Below, piece by piece: positions 30,294-40,838 of a stretch of 64,000 bases of DNA. Location of the stretch: the NCBI GenBank assembly GCA_017405445.1, contig JAFRAK010000041.1, positions 29,025-93,024 on the forward strand, in the 5' to 3' direction. Numbering within the stretch: the stretch's first letter is position 1; each line of letters opens with the position of its first letter. A program made the translations under genes and the position numbers. The notes under the pieces were generated by a model. The model ran no database searches and had not been told where the DNA came from. It saw only the letters and a program-made list of their open reading frames with translations. The DNA is from Bacilli bacterium. Its GTDB lineage: Bacteria > Bacillota_I > Bacilli_A > RF39 > UBA660.

Positions 30294-30368
30294 TTGTGCA
30301 ATGGAAGTGATTGAACCAGGTCAGGATCGGAAGGTAGCAGCCTTAAGGTCCTCCTTCCATGTGCACAT
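30294..30368 (+). ncRNA. ffs: Signal recognition particle RNA, small bacterial type
   Basis: Helix-8 motif TCAGGATC-GGAA-GGTAGCAGC closed by TGTGCA-ATGGAAG...CTTCCAT-G-TGCACA; next to tadA/dnaX. Confidence 0.93.
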
Positions 30369-30385
30369 TTTTTTTGGAGGAAAAA

Positions 30386-30838
30386 ATGAATCTTTGTTTT
30401 TTTGATATTGCTTTTGATGAAGCAAGAAAATCATTTGAATTAGATGAAGTTCCTATTGGAGCAGTAATAGTTAAACAAGGTAAGGTAATTGCTTCTGCTC
30501 ATAATTTAAAAGAACATCATAATTGTAGTATTTATCATGCGGAAATACTTGCGATAAAGGAGGCTTCTAAAATATTACATAATTGGAGATTGGATGATTG
30601 TGACATTTATGTTACTTTAGATCCTTGCCCAATGTGTGCAAGTGCAATTAAACAATCTAGAATAGCTCATGTTTATTCTGCACTTCATAATTCTGATTCA
30701 AGTAATGCTAAAATTATTCAATCAATTTTTGCTTCAAATGATTCTACAAATCCTTCTGTTATTTTTGAATCTGATTTAAATAAAACAATGTCTCAAGAAT
30801 TGTTAAATAAATTTTTTGAAAAGCAAAGAAAAAGATGA
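30386..30838 (+). CDS. tadA: tRNA adenosine(34) deaminase
   Basis: EVPIGAVIV, HAE, WRL, PCPMC; start reset to ATG 30386 behind GGAGG. Confidence 0.92.
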   Translation: MNLCFFDIAFDEARKSFELDEVPIGAVIVKQGKVIASAHNLKEHHNCSIYHAEILAIKEASKILHNWRLDDCDIYVTLDPCPMCASAIKQSRIAHVYSALHNSDSSNAKIIQSIFASNDSTNPSVIFESDLNKTMSQELLNKFFEKQRKR

Positions 30839-30884
30839 AATCTTTGCTTTTTTTGTTATAATATATGTGAATGGGAGGGTTTTT

Positions 30885-32564
30885 ATGTATCAAGCTTTGT
30901 ACAGAAAATATAGACCTGTTGATTTTGATTCTGTAATTGGTCAAAATCCAATTATAACTACTTTGAAAAACTCTATAATTCACAATAATTTTTCTCATGC
31001 TTATTTATTTTTTGGAAGTAGAGGAACTGGAAAAACTACAGTGTCAAAAATTTTTGCGAGAAATATTAATTGCGATTCTCCTAAGGATGGTATTGCTTGC
31101 GGAAAATGTGATTCTTGTAAGATTTCTTTTTCTAAGGAATGTGTAGATATTATAGAGATAGATGCTGCATCTAATAATGGTGTTGATGAAATTAGGGAGT
31201 TAAAAAATAATATTAATTTAGTTCCATCAAGTTTGAAATATAAAGTATATATTATAGATGAGGTTCATATGTTATCTGATAGTGCTTTTAATGCATTATT
31301 AAAAACTTTGGAGGAGCCTCCTCAACATGTAGTTTTTATTCTTGCAACGACTGATCCACAAAAGGTACCTGAAACGATTGTTTCTAGGTGTCAGTGTTTT
31401 TCTTTTAAAAAAATTTCTAATGAAGATATTTTTGAAAAACTATCTGAAATTTGTAAAAAAGAAAAAATTATCATTCAAGATGATGTATTGAATAAAATAG
31501 CTATATATTCTGATGGTGGTCTTAGAGATGCTATTGGATTACTAGATAAGCTTATTGCTTATAAATCTACTGATATAACTATAGATGATTTTAATGAAAT
31601 TAATGGTATTATTTCAGATGAAGAAATATCTTCTTTTGTTCATAATGTTTTTGAAAGAAAATTTTCGGAAGTTTTGTCTAATTTATCGCAATTTAATAGT
31701 TGTGGAAAAAATTTAATTCAAATTATTCTTCAGTTGATTGAATATTGTAGAAATGAAATAATTTCTTATTATATTGATCATAAAAAATTAGATTATCCTA
31801 TTGTTAATTATGAGGAATTATTAAATATTTTTAATGAAAAATTATTTGATATTAAAAAATCTAATAATCCTTCTATATATATTGAGATTACTTTTTTGAA
31901 ATTTATGAATGATTATTTATTGAATAATGATGATTTTAGTAAAAATGAACCTGTGGAAAAAAAATCTGAAAATGTTATTAATGTTGATAATTCTATTTCT
32001 GAGGAGATAAAAAAAGACACTGTTTTAAATATTGATTTAAACAGTGATTCTAATATTGATAGAACTTCTTTTGCTTCTAGTAATCCTCGTATTCTTAATC
32101 TTGATGAGATTTTGAATGTTAGAATTAATAATACTTTTGCAACTGCAGATAAAAATTTGTTAAAATTAGAAAATAAGAATTTTGATTTACTTAAGGATTA
32201 TTCTTTTGACACTAAAATTGGTTATTTAGTTAATTCTTTATTAGATTCTACAATAAGAGTAGTTGGAAGTGATTCTATGATTATTAGTTTTTCTTCTGAT
32301 GGTCTGGTTGAAGAGAATCTATCTCATTTAGTTGAGTTAAATGAAGTTTATAATAAAATTACTAATTCTAATAAAAATATTGCGATTGTTTCTGATTCTG
32401 AATGGGATAAATTGAAAAATGATTATATTGATCATCTTAAAAATAATATTAAATATTCTATTAAAAAAGAACCTGATGTTGTCTTGGAAGAAAATAAGAA
32501 TGATGATATAATAGTTAATAGTGCGATATCTTTATTTGGAGAAGATATTGTAGAGGTAGAATAG
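30885..32564 (+). CDS. dnaX: DNA polymerase III subunit gamma/tau
   Basis: MYQALYRKYRP, GSRGTGKT, EIDAASN, IDEVHML, SRC; start reset to ATG 30885. Confidence 0.97.
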   Translation: MYQALYRKYRPVDFDSVIGQNPIITTLKNSIIHNNFSHAYLFFGSRGTGKTTVSKIFARNINCDSPKDGIACGKCDSCKISFSKECVDIIEIDAASNNGVDEIRELKNNINLVPSSLKYKVYIIDEVHMLSDSAFNALLKTLEEPPQHVVFILATTDPQKVPETIVSRCQCFSFKKISNEDIFEKLSEICKKEKIIIQDDVLNKIAIYSDGGLRDAIGLLDKLIAYKSTDITIDDFNEINGIISDEEISSFVHNVFERKFSEVLSNLSQFNSCGKNLIQIILQLIEYCRNEIISYYIDHKKLDYPIVNYEELLNIFNEKLFDIKKSNNPSIYIEITFLKFMNDYLLNNDDFSKNEPVEKKSENVINVDNSISEEIKKDTVLNIDLNSDSNIDRTSFASSNPRILNLDEILNVRINNTFATADKNLLKLENKNFDLLKDYSFDTKIGYLVNSLLDSTIRVVGSDSMIISFSSDGLVEENLSHLVELNEVYNKITNSNKNIAIVSDSEWDKLKNDYIDHLKNNIKYSIKKEPDVVLEENKNDDIIVNSAISLFGEDIVEVE

Positions 32565-32578
32565 AGGAGGAAATACCT

Positions 32579-32875
32579 ATGAATATGCAAGCTATGTTAA
32601 AACAAGCTCAAGCTTTACAAAAAGATATGTTGAAGGCAAAAGATGAAATTGATAAAACTGAATTTATTGGCGAAAGTTCTTTAGTTAAAGTTACTATGAA
32701 AGGTACTAAGGAATGTGTTAAGGTTGAAATTACTGCAGATGATTCTTTGGATAAGGATGATTTAGAAGTTCTTGAAGATATGATTGTTGTTGCTATTAAT
32801 GATGCTAATAAAAAAATTGATAAAATGACTGAGGAGAAAATGGGTAAATTTGGTAATATACCTGGATTGTTTTAA
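32579..32875 (+). CDS. YbaB/EbfC nucleoid-associated protein
   Basis: MNMQAMLKQAQ..DLEVLEDMIVVAINDA; between dnaX and recR. Confidence 0.95.
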   Translation: MNMQAMLKQAQALQKDMLKAKDEIDKTEFIGESSLVKVTMKGTKECVKVEITADDSLDKDDLEVLEDMIVVAINDANKKIDKMTEEKMGKFGNIPGLF

Positions 32876-32877
32876 TT

Positions 32878-33471
32878 ATGTATCCTGATAGTTTGAAAAA
32901 TTTAATAGAATCATTTAAATATTTACCAAGTGTAGGTGAAAAAACTGCTGAACGTTATGCTTTTTCTGTTTTAGATATGGATGAAGATCAGATAGAGTTA
33001 TTTGTTGACAGTTTAAAAAATATTAAAAATAGGATTCATCCTTGTAAAAATTGTAATGTTTTAACCGAAGATGAAATATGTTCTATTTGTTCTGATGATT
33101 TTCGTAATAAGAATGTTTTATGTATTGTTGAAGATGTTAAAAGTGTTTTTTTATTTGAAAAGATAGGTATGTTTAAAGGGTTATATCATGTCTTAAAAGG
33201 TTTAATTTCTCCACTTGATGGTGTTAATCCAGAAGACATTGGTATAGATAAATTGTTAGATCGTATTCAAAATGAAAAATTTGAAGAAATTATTTTTGCT
33301 TTTAAACCTAGTATTGAAGGTGAAACAACTGCATTATATATAAAAAAAATTTTAGATGGTTTAAATTTAAAAATTACTAAGATTGCGAATGGTGTTCCTA
33401 TCGGAGCAGATATGGAATATGTAGATAGTTTAACTTTAGAGAGAGCTTTATCTGATCGTAAGGAAGTGTAA
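32878..33471 (+). CDS. recR: Recombination mediator RecR
   Basis: LPSVGEKTAER, C4 zinc finger, YHVL, EGETTA, GVPIG. Confidence 0.97.
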   Translation: MYPDSLKNLIESFKYLPSVGEKTAERYAFSVLDMDEDQIELFVDSLKNIKNRIHPCKNCNVLTEDEICSICSDDFRNKNVLCIVEDVKSVFLFEKIGMFKGLYHVLKGLISPLDGVNPEDIGIDKLLDRIQNEKFEEIIFAFKPSIEGETTALYIKKILDGLNLKITKIANGVPIGADMEYVDSLTLERALSDRKEV

Positions 33472-33502
33472 TAATTGTTTTCATAATTTCATATTAATTT
33501 AT

Positions 33503-33688
33503 ATGAAATTAATACGTCATTTATTTTTTAAACTTATTATTAGTGTAATATTATTGTATTTATTTAATTATTTTTCTATAAATTATCAGTTTGTTCTTCC
33601 AATGAATATTTATAGTATTATATTTATTATTCTTTTTGGAGGTTTTGGTTTAGTAGGACTTGTTATTTTTTATATTTATTTTTTGTGA
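33503..33688 (+). CDS. bofA: Pro-sigmaK processing inhibitor BofA-like membrane protein
   Basis: Hydrophobic 61 aa with LYLFN..PMN..FGGFG pattern; downstream of recR as in Bacillus. Confidence 0.7.
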   Translation: MKLIRHLFFKLIISVILLYLFNYFSINYQFVLPMNIYSIIFIILFGGFGLVGLVIFYIYFL

Positions 33689-33695
33689 GGGATTT

Positions 33696-34535
33696 ATGGA
33701 TAATTTAACTATTGTAAAAGAGAAATTTATAAAATATATTGATTCTGTTGTTCAAAATCATAGGATTTCTCATGCTTATTTAATTGAATTAGATAACTAT
33801 GATACTGATTTTGATTATGTTATGACATTTATTAAAATGATTTTATGTAATTGTTCTTATGATAATTTAAATAAAGCTGATGAAAATCTTATTCACTTGA
33901 TTGATAGTAATCAATATCCTGATATTTATACTATTTCTTCTGATAATAGTGTTATTAATAAAAATATGATTGCTGATTTACAAAAGGAATTTGTGAATAA
34001 ATCTATTTTTGATAATAAGAGAATTTATATTATTAAAGAAGCTGAAAAGTTAAATGCTTCTTCTGCAAATACAATACTAAAGTTTTTAGAGGAACCTGAA
34101 GAAGATATAATAGCTTTCTTGATTACGGATGATCGTTATCATATTATTGATACTATCATGTCTAGATGTCAAATACTATCTTTAAAAGAATATAATTATA
34201 TTAATACAATTGATGATGAATTGTTGGATATTATAGACATTGTTTTTCATCCACAACAGTATTTTTTAAAATACAATGATGTTACAAAAAGTATGTTTTC
34301 TGATAAAGCTGTTATTAAAAAAAGATTATGTGATATAGAGGCTATTCTATTAATGGTTCTATCTAAGAAAATAACAAAAGATAATACAACTATTATAGAT
34401 TTATTTAGTGATAAAAGTGAAAATGACTTAATATCTATACTTAGTATAATTGAAGATGAATTGCCAAAATTAAATTTTAATGTTAATTTAAAATTATGGC
34501 TTGATTCTTTTTTTAGTCATTTGATAGGAGGTTAA
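33696..34535 (+). CDS. holB: DNA polymerase III delta-prime subunit
   Basis: SHAYL, YPD, ANTILKFLEEP, TIMSRCQ; start reset to ATG 33696. Confidence 0.88.
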   Translation: MDNLTIVKEKFIKYIDSVVQNHRISHAYLIELDNYDTDFDYVMTFIKMILCNCSYDNLNKADENLIHLIDSNQYPDIYTISSDNSVINKNMIADLQKEFVNKSIFDNKRIYIIKEAEKLNASSANTILKFLEEPEEDIIAFLITDDRYHIIDTIMSRCQILSLKEYNYINTIDDELLDIIDIVFHPQQYFLKYNDVTKSMFSDKAVIKKRLCDIEAILLMVLSKKITKDNTTIIDLFSDKSENDLISILSIIEDELPKLNFNVNLKLWLDSFFSHLIGG

Positions 34536-34537
34536 TT

Positions 34538-35332
34538 ATGATTGAAATTGTAGTTGTTTGTGTTGAAGAATCTAAGAATTTATATTATTTATCTCCAAAT
34601 AATTTAGAATTAAAAAAGGGTGCTGAGGTTATTTTTGAGGATGAGAATGGATTATTATCCGGTAGAATAATTAAAGAAAAGTATATGGAGAATAAAAAGA
34701 ATGTTGTTCTTCCATTAAAGAAAGTGCTTCGTTTGATGAATGATTCTGATTACAAGAAAATAAAAAAGAATGCAGAACATGCAAAAAAAGCCTTAGAAGA
34801 TGCAAAAAAATATGCTGTGGAATTAAAATTAAATATGAATTTTGTAGATGCTTACTTAAATTTTGATGGTTCTCAATTATTCTTTTCGTTTCTATCAGAT
34901 GAGAGAGTAGATTTTAGAGAATTAATTAAAAAACTTGCTCAAAAGTATAAAATGAGAATTGAACTACGACAAATTGGAGTACGAGATAAATCTAAAAAAG
35001 TTGGTGGTCTAGGACCTTGTGGTCTATTCTTATGTTGTAACACGTTTTTAAGTGATTTTAATAGTGTTTCAATTAATATGGCTAAGAATCAAATGTTAGC
35101 TTTAAATCCATCTAAAATTAATGGTATTTGTGGCAGATTATTATGTTGTTTGGGTTATGAAAATGATGGATATACTGAATTAAAAAAGACTCTTCCTAAG
35201 GTTGGAATGACTGTTGATACTCCTGAAGGAATGGGTAAAGTTGTTGATATTGATATTTTAAAAAATACATATTCTGTTGATTTTGGAGAAAAAGGAATCA
35301 TGAAGTTTGATGGAGAAAAAAGAGATGAATAA
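34538..35332 (+). CDS. ricT: PSP1-domain protein RicT/YaaT
   Basis: RVDFRELIK, RIELRQIGVRD, GPCG..CC, KINGICGRLLCCL. Confidence 0.95.
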   Translation: MIEIVVVCVEESKNLYYLSPNNLELKKGAEVIFEDENGLLSGRIIKEKYMENKKNVVLPLKKVLRLMNDSDYKKIKKNAEHAKKALEDAKKYAVELKLNMNFVDAYLNFDGSQLFFSFLSDERVDFRELIKKLAQKYKMRIELRQIGVRDKSKKVGGLGPCGLFLCCNTFLSDFNSVSINMAKNQMLALNPSKINGICGRLLCCLGYENDGYTELKKTLPKVGMTVDTPEGMGKVVDIDILKNTYSVDFGEKGIMKFDGEKRDE

Positions 35333-36059
35333 TGTTAATGATATATTAGGTTATTCAGATTTAAAAATAGTTCAAAATCGTGATTATTTTTCTTTTTCTT
35401 TAGATAGTATCATTCTTGCTAATTATTGTAATATTAGATTGAGAGATAAAAAGATTGTGGATTTTTGTAGTGGAAATTGTGTAGTTCCTATTATTCTTAG
35501 TAAAAGATGTGATAAGAAAATAGAGGGTGTTGAATTACAAAAATCTGTTTATGAATTAGGATTACAATCCATTAAATTAAATCATTTAGAAGATCAAATT
35601 TCTTTTTATAATATGGATGTAAAAGAATTTTCTAAAGATCCTTACCGTATTAGTCAATATGATCTTGTATTGTGCAATCCACCATATTTTAAAAATGAAG
35701 AAAGATCTACTAAGAACTTGTCTTTTGAAAAAATGATTGCGAGACATGAAATTACTCTTACATTAGATGAGTTATGTAAATGTGCTAATTTAATTTTAAA
35801 AGATAATGGATGTTTTACTATAGTTCATCGCACAGAAAGACTTGTTGATATTATTGATACTTTTCGTAAATATCATATTGAACCGAAGAGAATTAAATTT
35901 ATTTATGAAACTACTGAAAAAGAATCTTTTTTGATGTTAATTGATGGTCAAAAGATGGGAAAACCAGGATTAAAGATTGATAAACCTTTGATTCTTTATG
36001 ATAAAAGTGGTAATATGACTGAGGAGTATTCCAAGCTCCAAACTGAGGTGATAAAATGA
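35325..36059 (+). CDS. tRNA1(Val) A37 N6-methyltransferase (YabB/TrmN6 family)
   Basis: FSFSLDSIILA, DFCSGN, CNPPYF, IARHE. Confidence 0.92.
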   Translation: MNNVNDILGYSDLKIVQNRDYFSFSLDSIILANYCNIRLRDKKIVDFCSGNCVVPIILSKRCDKKIEGVELQKSVYELGLQSIKLNHLEDQISFYNMDVKEFSKDPYRISQYDLVLCNPPYFKNEERSTKNLSFEKMIARHEITLTLDELCKCANLILKDNGCFTIVHRTERLVDIIDTFRKYHIEPKRIKFIYETTEKESFLMLIDGQKMGKPGLKIDKPLILYDKSGNMTEEYSKLQTEVIK

Positions 36060-36892
36060 TACAGAAAAGTTATGATGATAGTGCTAGTTTATATTTAATA
36101 CCAACTCCTATTGGAAACATGGATGATATTACAGTACGTTCTTTAAATGTATTAAAGACTGTAGATGAAATATTATGTGAGGATACTAGAGATTCTTCAG
36201 TGCTTTTAAATCATTTTGGAATTAAGAAAAAATTAATTAGTTGTCATGAATATAATGAAAATAAAATTGTTGATTATGTTATTAATAAATTAAAAGAAGG
36301 ATATAATCTTGGACTTATTACAGATCAAGGAACTCCTATTATTAGTGATCCTGGTTATGTTTTAGCTATAGAAGTTATTCGTGCAGGTTTTAATGTTATT
36401 AGTTTACCTGGTGCTACTGCGTTTACTCCAGCAATTACTTCATCTGGTATTAGACCTTATCCTTTTCTATTTTATGGGTTTTTAAATGCAAAAAAGAGTA
36501 AGCAACTTACTGAATTAAGAGGATTAGAAAAATTTCAGTATACATTAGTTTTTTATGAATCTGTTCATCGTTTAAAAGATACTCTTGAGAATATGCTCGA
36601 AGTATTTGGAAATCGTGAAATTTGTGTCTGTCGTGAAATATCTAAGATCCATGAAGAATATATTCGTGGTTCTTTCAGTGAAATTATTCCTTTGGCTGAT
36701 TCTTTAAAAGGGGAGTTTGTCTTAGTTGTTGAAGGAAATCGTAATACAATAGATTATAGTAATTTAGATGTTATTGATCATGTAAAACTATATTTAAATG
36801 ATATGAGTGAGATGGAAGCAATAAAGAAAGTAGCTTCTGAACGAGGTGTTGCAAAATCTGTGATTTATCAAGAATATCATAATGGGAAGTGA
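36056..36892 (+). CDS. rsmI: 16S rRNA C1402 2'-O-methyltransferase
   Basis: LYLIPTPIGNMDDIT, CEDTR, GTPIISDPG, REISKIHEE. Confidence 0.97.
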   Translation: MIQKSYDDSASLYLIPTPIGNMDDITVRSLNVLKTVDEILCEDTRDSSVLLNHFGIKKKLISCHEYNENKIVDYVINKLKEGYNLGLITDQGTPIISDPGYVLAIEVIRAGFNVISLPGATAFTPAITSSGIRPYPFLFYGFLNAKKSKQLTELRGLEKFQYTLVFYESVHRLKDTLENMLEVFGNREICVCREISKIHEEYIRGSFSEIIPLADSLKGEFVLVVEGNRNTIDYSNLDVIDHVKLYLNDMSEMEAIKKVASERGVAKSVIYQEYHNGK

Positions 36893-36896
36893 TAAT

Positions 36897-37466
36897 ATGA
36901 AATTAATAGTAGGATTAGGTAATCCAGGAAAAGAGTATTCTAATACTAGACATAATGTTGGATTTAATTTTTTAGATTTTTATCTAAAAGAAAAAAATTA
37001 TGATGTTTCTTGGGAAAAAAAATTTGATGGATTAATTTTTCAAACGACTATTTGTGGAGAAAAAGTTTTTTTTGTTAAACCACAAACATTTATGAATTTA
37101 TCTGGTGAATGTGTTTCTAAAATTATGAATTATTATCATATTGATGTAGAAGATTTACTTGTTATATCAGATGATATGGATTTAAATGTTGGTAATTTTA
37201 AGTTAAAACCATATGGTTCTTGTGGCGGACATAATGGTTTAAGAAATATAGAAGATATGATTCATACAAGTAATTATAAAAGATTGAAGATTGGTATTTC
37301 TAAGAATAAATCGATAAATTCTGTTGACTTTGTTTTAGGTGCTTTTTCTAGGGAGGATAAGAAAATATTAGATGATTTGTTTTCTCATTTAGTAATGGTA
37401 TTAGATGATTATTTTAAATTATCTTTTTCTGATTTGATGTGTCAATATAATAAGAAGAACAAATAG
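36897..37466 (+). CDS. pth: Peptidyl-tRNA hydrolase
   Basis: MKLIVGLGNPG, TRHNVGF, KPQTFMNLSG, GGHNG. Confidence 0.98.
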   Translation: MKLIVGLGNPGKEYSNTRHNVGFNFLDFYLKEKNYDVSWEKKFDGLIFQTTICGEKVFFVKPQTFMNLSGECVSKIMNYYHIDVEDLLVISDDMDLNVGNFKLKPYGSCGGHNGLRNIEDMIHTSNYKRLKIGISKNKSINSVDFVLGAFSREDKKILDDLFSHLVMVLDDYFKLSFSDLMCQYNKKNK

Positions 37467-37475
37467 GGTGATAAT

Positions 37476-40400
37476 ATGAATTTTTTTGAGAAGATTAATT
37501 CACTTGAATTAAAAAAAGACATGGGTCTATGTAATTTGACCGATGAATTTTTTTGTTTGTATTTAGAATCATTAAGAAGAAAAAATAATCATTCTATTTT
37601 GGTTGTTACTGATAGCTTATACGATGCAAATAATTTATATAGTAATTTAAATAGTTTTGATGATGTTTATTTATTTCCAATGGATGATTTTTTGACAAGT
37701 GAGGCTTTAGCTATTTCTCCTGATTTGATGATTAATCGTATTGAAACGCTGAATAGTTTAACTTGTTCTAAAAATCATTCTATTGTAATTACAAATCTTA
37801 TGGGATATCTCAGATTCTTGCCTACAAAAGAAGTATATTATAATCATTTATTATCTTTGAAAATAGGGGATAAAATTGAGCCTAGTCTTTTAGTTTCTAA
37901 ATTGGTACAAATCGGTTACTCTAGGGATACTATTGTAAATAAAACAGGTGAATTTGGTTTAAGAGGTTTTGTTGTAGATGTTTTTCCGATTAATGAAGAA
38001 AATCCAGTTCGTATCGAGTTTTTTGATGATGAAATAGAATCTATTCGTTTTTTTGATTCAGATACTCAAAAATCTATTAAAAAAATTGATATTATTGAAA
38101 TTAAACCAGTATTTGAATTTATTACATCTCATGATGATATTTCACAGGAAGAATTTGGAAAACAAAAATATTTACCTTTTTATGAGGATGTTGTTAATAT
38201 TGAAAAATACTTAGATAATCCTATAACTGTATTTAAAGACTACGAACAGTTAGAGGTATCTTTTAAAACAATTATGAATGATGTAACAACTTATAAAAGT
38301 GAAAGAGATAAAGATTTTGATTCTAACTATATGTTTGAATTAGGAAAAATAACTCCTTCTTATCCTATTTATTATCAGTCTTTAAATAATATAACCAATA
38401 AGAAAGATTCAAAGTATTATTCATTTGATTTAAAGGGTGTTCCTAACTTTTTAGAAGATCCTAAAGAAATTAATAATTATATTCGTAGTCAGATTTCTAA
38501 TAGAAAGACTATTGTTATTTGTGTACCTAAATACCAGTTTAAAAGTTTATATAAGTTTTTAAATATGAAAGTTGTTGAAACTGATTTTTCTAATTTGTCA
38601 ATTCAAGAAGTTAATATAGTTGATTATTCTTTATCGAAAGGATTTATTTATCAAAATTTTGTTTTTATTTCTGCTTTTGAATTGTTTCACAAAGCAAATA
38701 GTACTAAAAAATATCATACAAAATATAAATATAGTTCTGTAATTCATGATATTAATAAATTATCTGTTGGAGATTATGTTGTACATAACGTACATGGAAT
38801 AGGTATTTATAATGGAATTAAATGCTTGTCTTTAAATGGAATTGAGAAAGATTATTTAGAGGTTTTATATCAGGGTACTGATAAGATGTATATTCCAGTT
38901 GAAAAAATAGAATATCTATCTAAGTATTCCGGTGGTGAAGGGGTTGTTCCAAAAATAAATAAACTTGGTGGTAGTGAATGGCAAAAGACTAAAAATAGAG
39001 TCAAGAGTCGTATCAGTGATATGGCTGATAGTTTAATAAAACTATATGCTGAAAGAGAAATGAGAAAAGGATTTGCTTTTTCAAGAGACTGTGATATGTT
39101 ACTTGATTTTGAAAAAGAGTTTCCTTATGAACTTACTTTAGATCAAAAAAGAGCTATTCTTCAGATAAAAGAAGACATGGAAAAATCTACACCTATGGAT
39201 CGTTTATTATGTGGAGATGTTGGATTTGGAAAAACGGAAGTAGCCTTTGTAGCTGCGTTTAAGGCTATGTTGGATTCGAAGCAAGTGTTATTTTTATGTC
39301 CTACTACAATTCTTTCAAAACAGCATTATGATAATGCAATTGTACGTTTTCAAAATTTTCCTGTATCAATTGGTTTATTAAATCGTTTTACAACTCCTAA
39401 AGATAGTAAAAAAATACTAGATGGTTTAAAAGATGGAACAATTGATATGGTAATTGGTACTCATAGACTTTTGAGTGATGATGTTCATTTAAAAGATTTA
39501 GGTTTATTGATTATTGATGAGGAACAAAGATTTGGTGTTGCTCATAAGGAAAAGATTAAGCAGTATAAAACTAATGTTGATGTCTTAACGCTTACTGCTA
39601 CTCCAATTCCTCGTACTTTACAAATGTCACTTGTTGGAATTAGAAGTTTATCTCTTATTAATACTCCTCCAAATAATCGTTATCCAGTACAAACTTATGT
39701 AGTTGAAGAAAATCAACAAATACTAAGAGAAGCTATTACTAAGGAGTTGTCTAGAAATGGACAAATATTTATTCTTTATAATAAAGTTCAATCTATCTAT
39801 GAATATAGTTCTAGAATACAAAAATTAGTACCTAATGCTAAAATAGGTGTTGCGCATGGACAGATGAATAAAAATCAATTAGAAGATACTATTTATGATT
39901 TTGTTCAGCATGAATTTGATGTTTTAGTTTGTACTACAATTATAGAGACAGGAATTGATATTCCTAATGTTAATACTTTAATTATTATTGATGCGGATCA
40001 TTTTGGCTTAAGTCAGTTATATCAGATAAGAGGTAGAGTAGGTAGAAGTGATAAGTTTGCTTATGCATATTTGATGTATCAACCTTTTAAGAGTTTAACA
40101 GAAAGTGCAGTGAAAAGACTAAATGTAATTAAGGAATTTACGGAATTAGGATGTGGTTTTTCCATTGCTACTCGTGATTTATCTATTCGAGGTGCAGGAG
40201 ATATTTTGGGTAGTGAACAGGCTGGTTTTATCGATTCTATTGGAATAGATTTATATATGAAAATATTAAATGATGAAATAAATCGACGTAATCATAATGG
40301 AGAAGATAATAATCTAGAATTAGAAGAGGATAGTAAACCATTAATTGAAGTAGCTACTCATATTTCTGATCAGTATGTATTAGAAAATGATCTTAAGATT

Positions 40401-40796
40401 GAAATTCATAAAAAGATTAATTCAATTGTAGATTTTGATAGTTTAAAAGCAATTAAAAATGAATTAGAAGATCGTTTCGGTAAATTGGATGAAGACCTTA
40501 TTGTTTATATGTATGAAGAATTATTTGAAAGAATTGCTAAGGAAATTCCTGTATCTAAAGTTCATCAAAACAAGAATTCTATTGAATTAGTATTTGATAA
40601 AGAAATAGTTTCAAAACTAGATACTGAACAATTATTTGTAGATGCATTTCATATTTCGAATATGTTTCGCTTTATTAGTAGAGGTTCACATTTGATCATT
40701 GTTTTGGATATTATTAAATTAGAAAAACATCCAATTTACTATTTGGTTGATTTATTAAGTAAAATTAAACTTAATTTGTCTAATCCTATTGACTAA
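37476..40796 (+). CDS. mfd: Transcription-repair coupling factor
   Basis: GDYVVH..HGIG, DRLLCGDVGFGKT, DEEQRFGV, TATPIPRTL, QIRGRVGR. Confidence 0.97.
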   Translation: MNFFEKINSLELKKDMGLCNLTDEFFCLYLESLRRKNNHSILVVTDSLYDANNLYSNLNSFDDVYLFPMDDFLTSEALAISPDLMINRIETLNSLTCSKNHSIVITNLMGYLRFLPTKEVYYNHLLSLKIGDKIEPSLLVSKLVQIGYSRDTIVNKTGEFGLRGFVVDVFPINEENPVRIEFFDDEIESIRFFDSDTQKSIKKIDIIEIKPVFEFITSHDDISQEEFGKQKYLPFYEDVVNIEKYLDNPITVFKDYEQLEVSFKTIMNDVTTYKSERDKDFDSNYMFELGKITPSYPIYYQSLNNITNKKDSKYYSFDLKGVPNFLEDPKEINNYIRSQISNRKTIVICVPKYQFKSLYKFLNMKVVETDFSNLSIQEVNIVDYSLSKGFIYQNFVFISAFELFHKANSTKKYHTKYKYSSVIHDINKLSVGDYVVHNVHGIGIYNGIKCLSLNGIEKDYLEVLYQGTDKMYIPVEKIEYLSKYSGGEGVVPKINKLGGSEWQKTKNRVKSRISDMADSLIKLYAEREMRKGFAFSRDCDMLLDFEKEFPYELTLDQKRAILQIKEDMEKSTPMDRLLCGDVGFGKTEVAFVAAFKAMLDSKQVLFLCPTTILSKQHYDNAIVRFQNFPVSIGLLNRFTTPKDSKKILDGLKDGTIDMVIGTHRLLSDDVHLKDLGLLIIDEEQRFGVAHKEKIKQYKTNVDVLTLTATPIPRTLQMSLVGIRSLSLINTPPNNRYPVQTYVVEENQQILREAITKELSRNGQIFILYNKVQSIYEYSSRIQKLVPNAKIGVAHGQMNKNQLEDTIYDFVQHEFDVLVCTTIIETGIDIPNVNTLIIIDADHFGLSQLYQIRGRVGRSDKFAYAYLMYQPFKSLTESAVKRLNVIKEFTELGCGFSIATRDLSIRGAGDILGSEQAGFIDSIGIDLYMKILNDEINRRNHNGEDNNLELEEDSKPLIEVATHISDQYVLENDLKIEIHKKINSIVDFDSLKAIKNELEDRFGKLDEDLIVYMYEELFERIAKEIPVSKVHQNKNSIELVFDKEIVSKLDTEQLFVDAFHISNMFRFISRGSHLIIVLDIIKLEKHPIYYLVDLLSKIKLNLSNPID

Positions 40797-40838
40797 TAAT
40801 TTTTCTATTGTTAAATTTATTATGATGGGAGGCTGAAA

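Noticed and set aside
30836-30838. Mollicute-type recoding of TGA as Trp
   Set aside because: TGA ends tadA, yabG and others at expected lengths, and conserved Trp residues use TGG.
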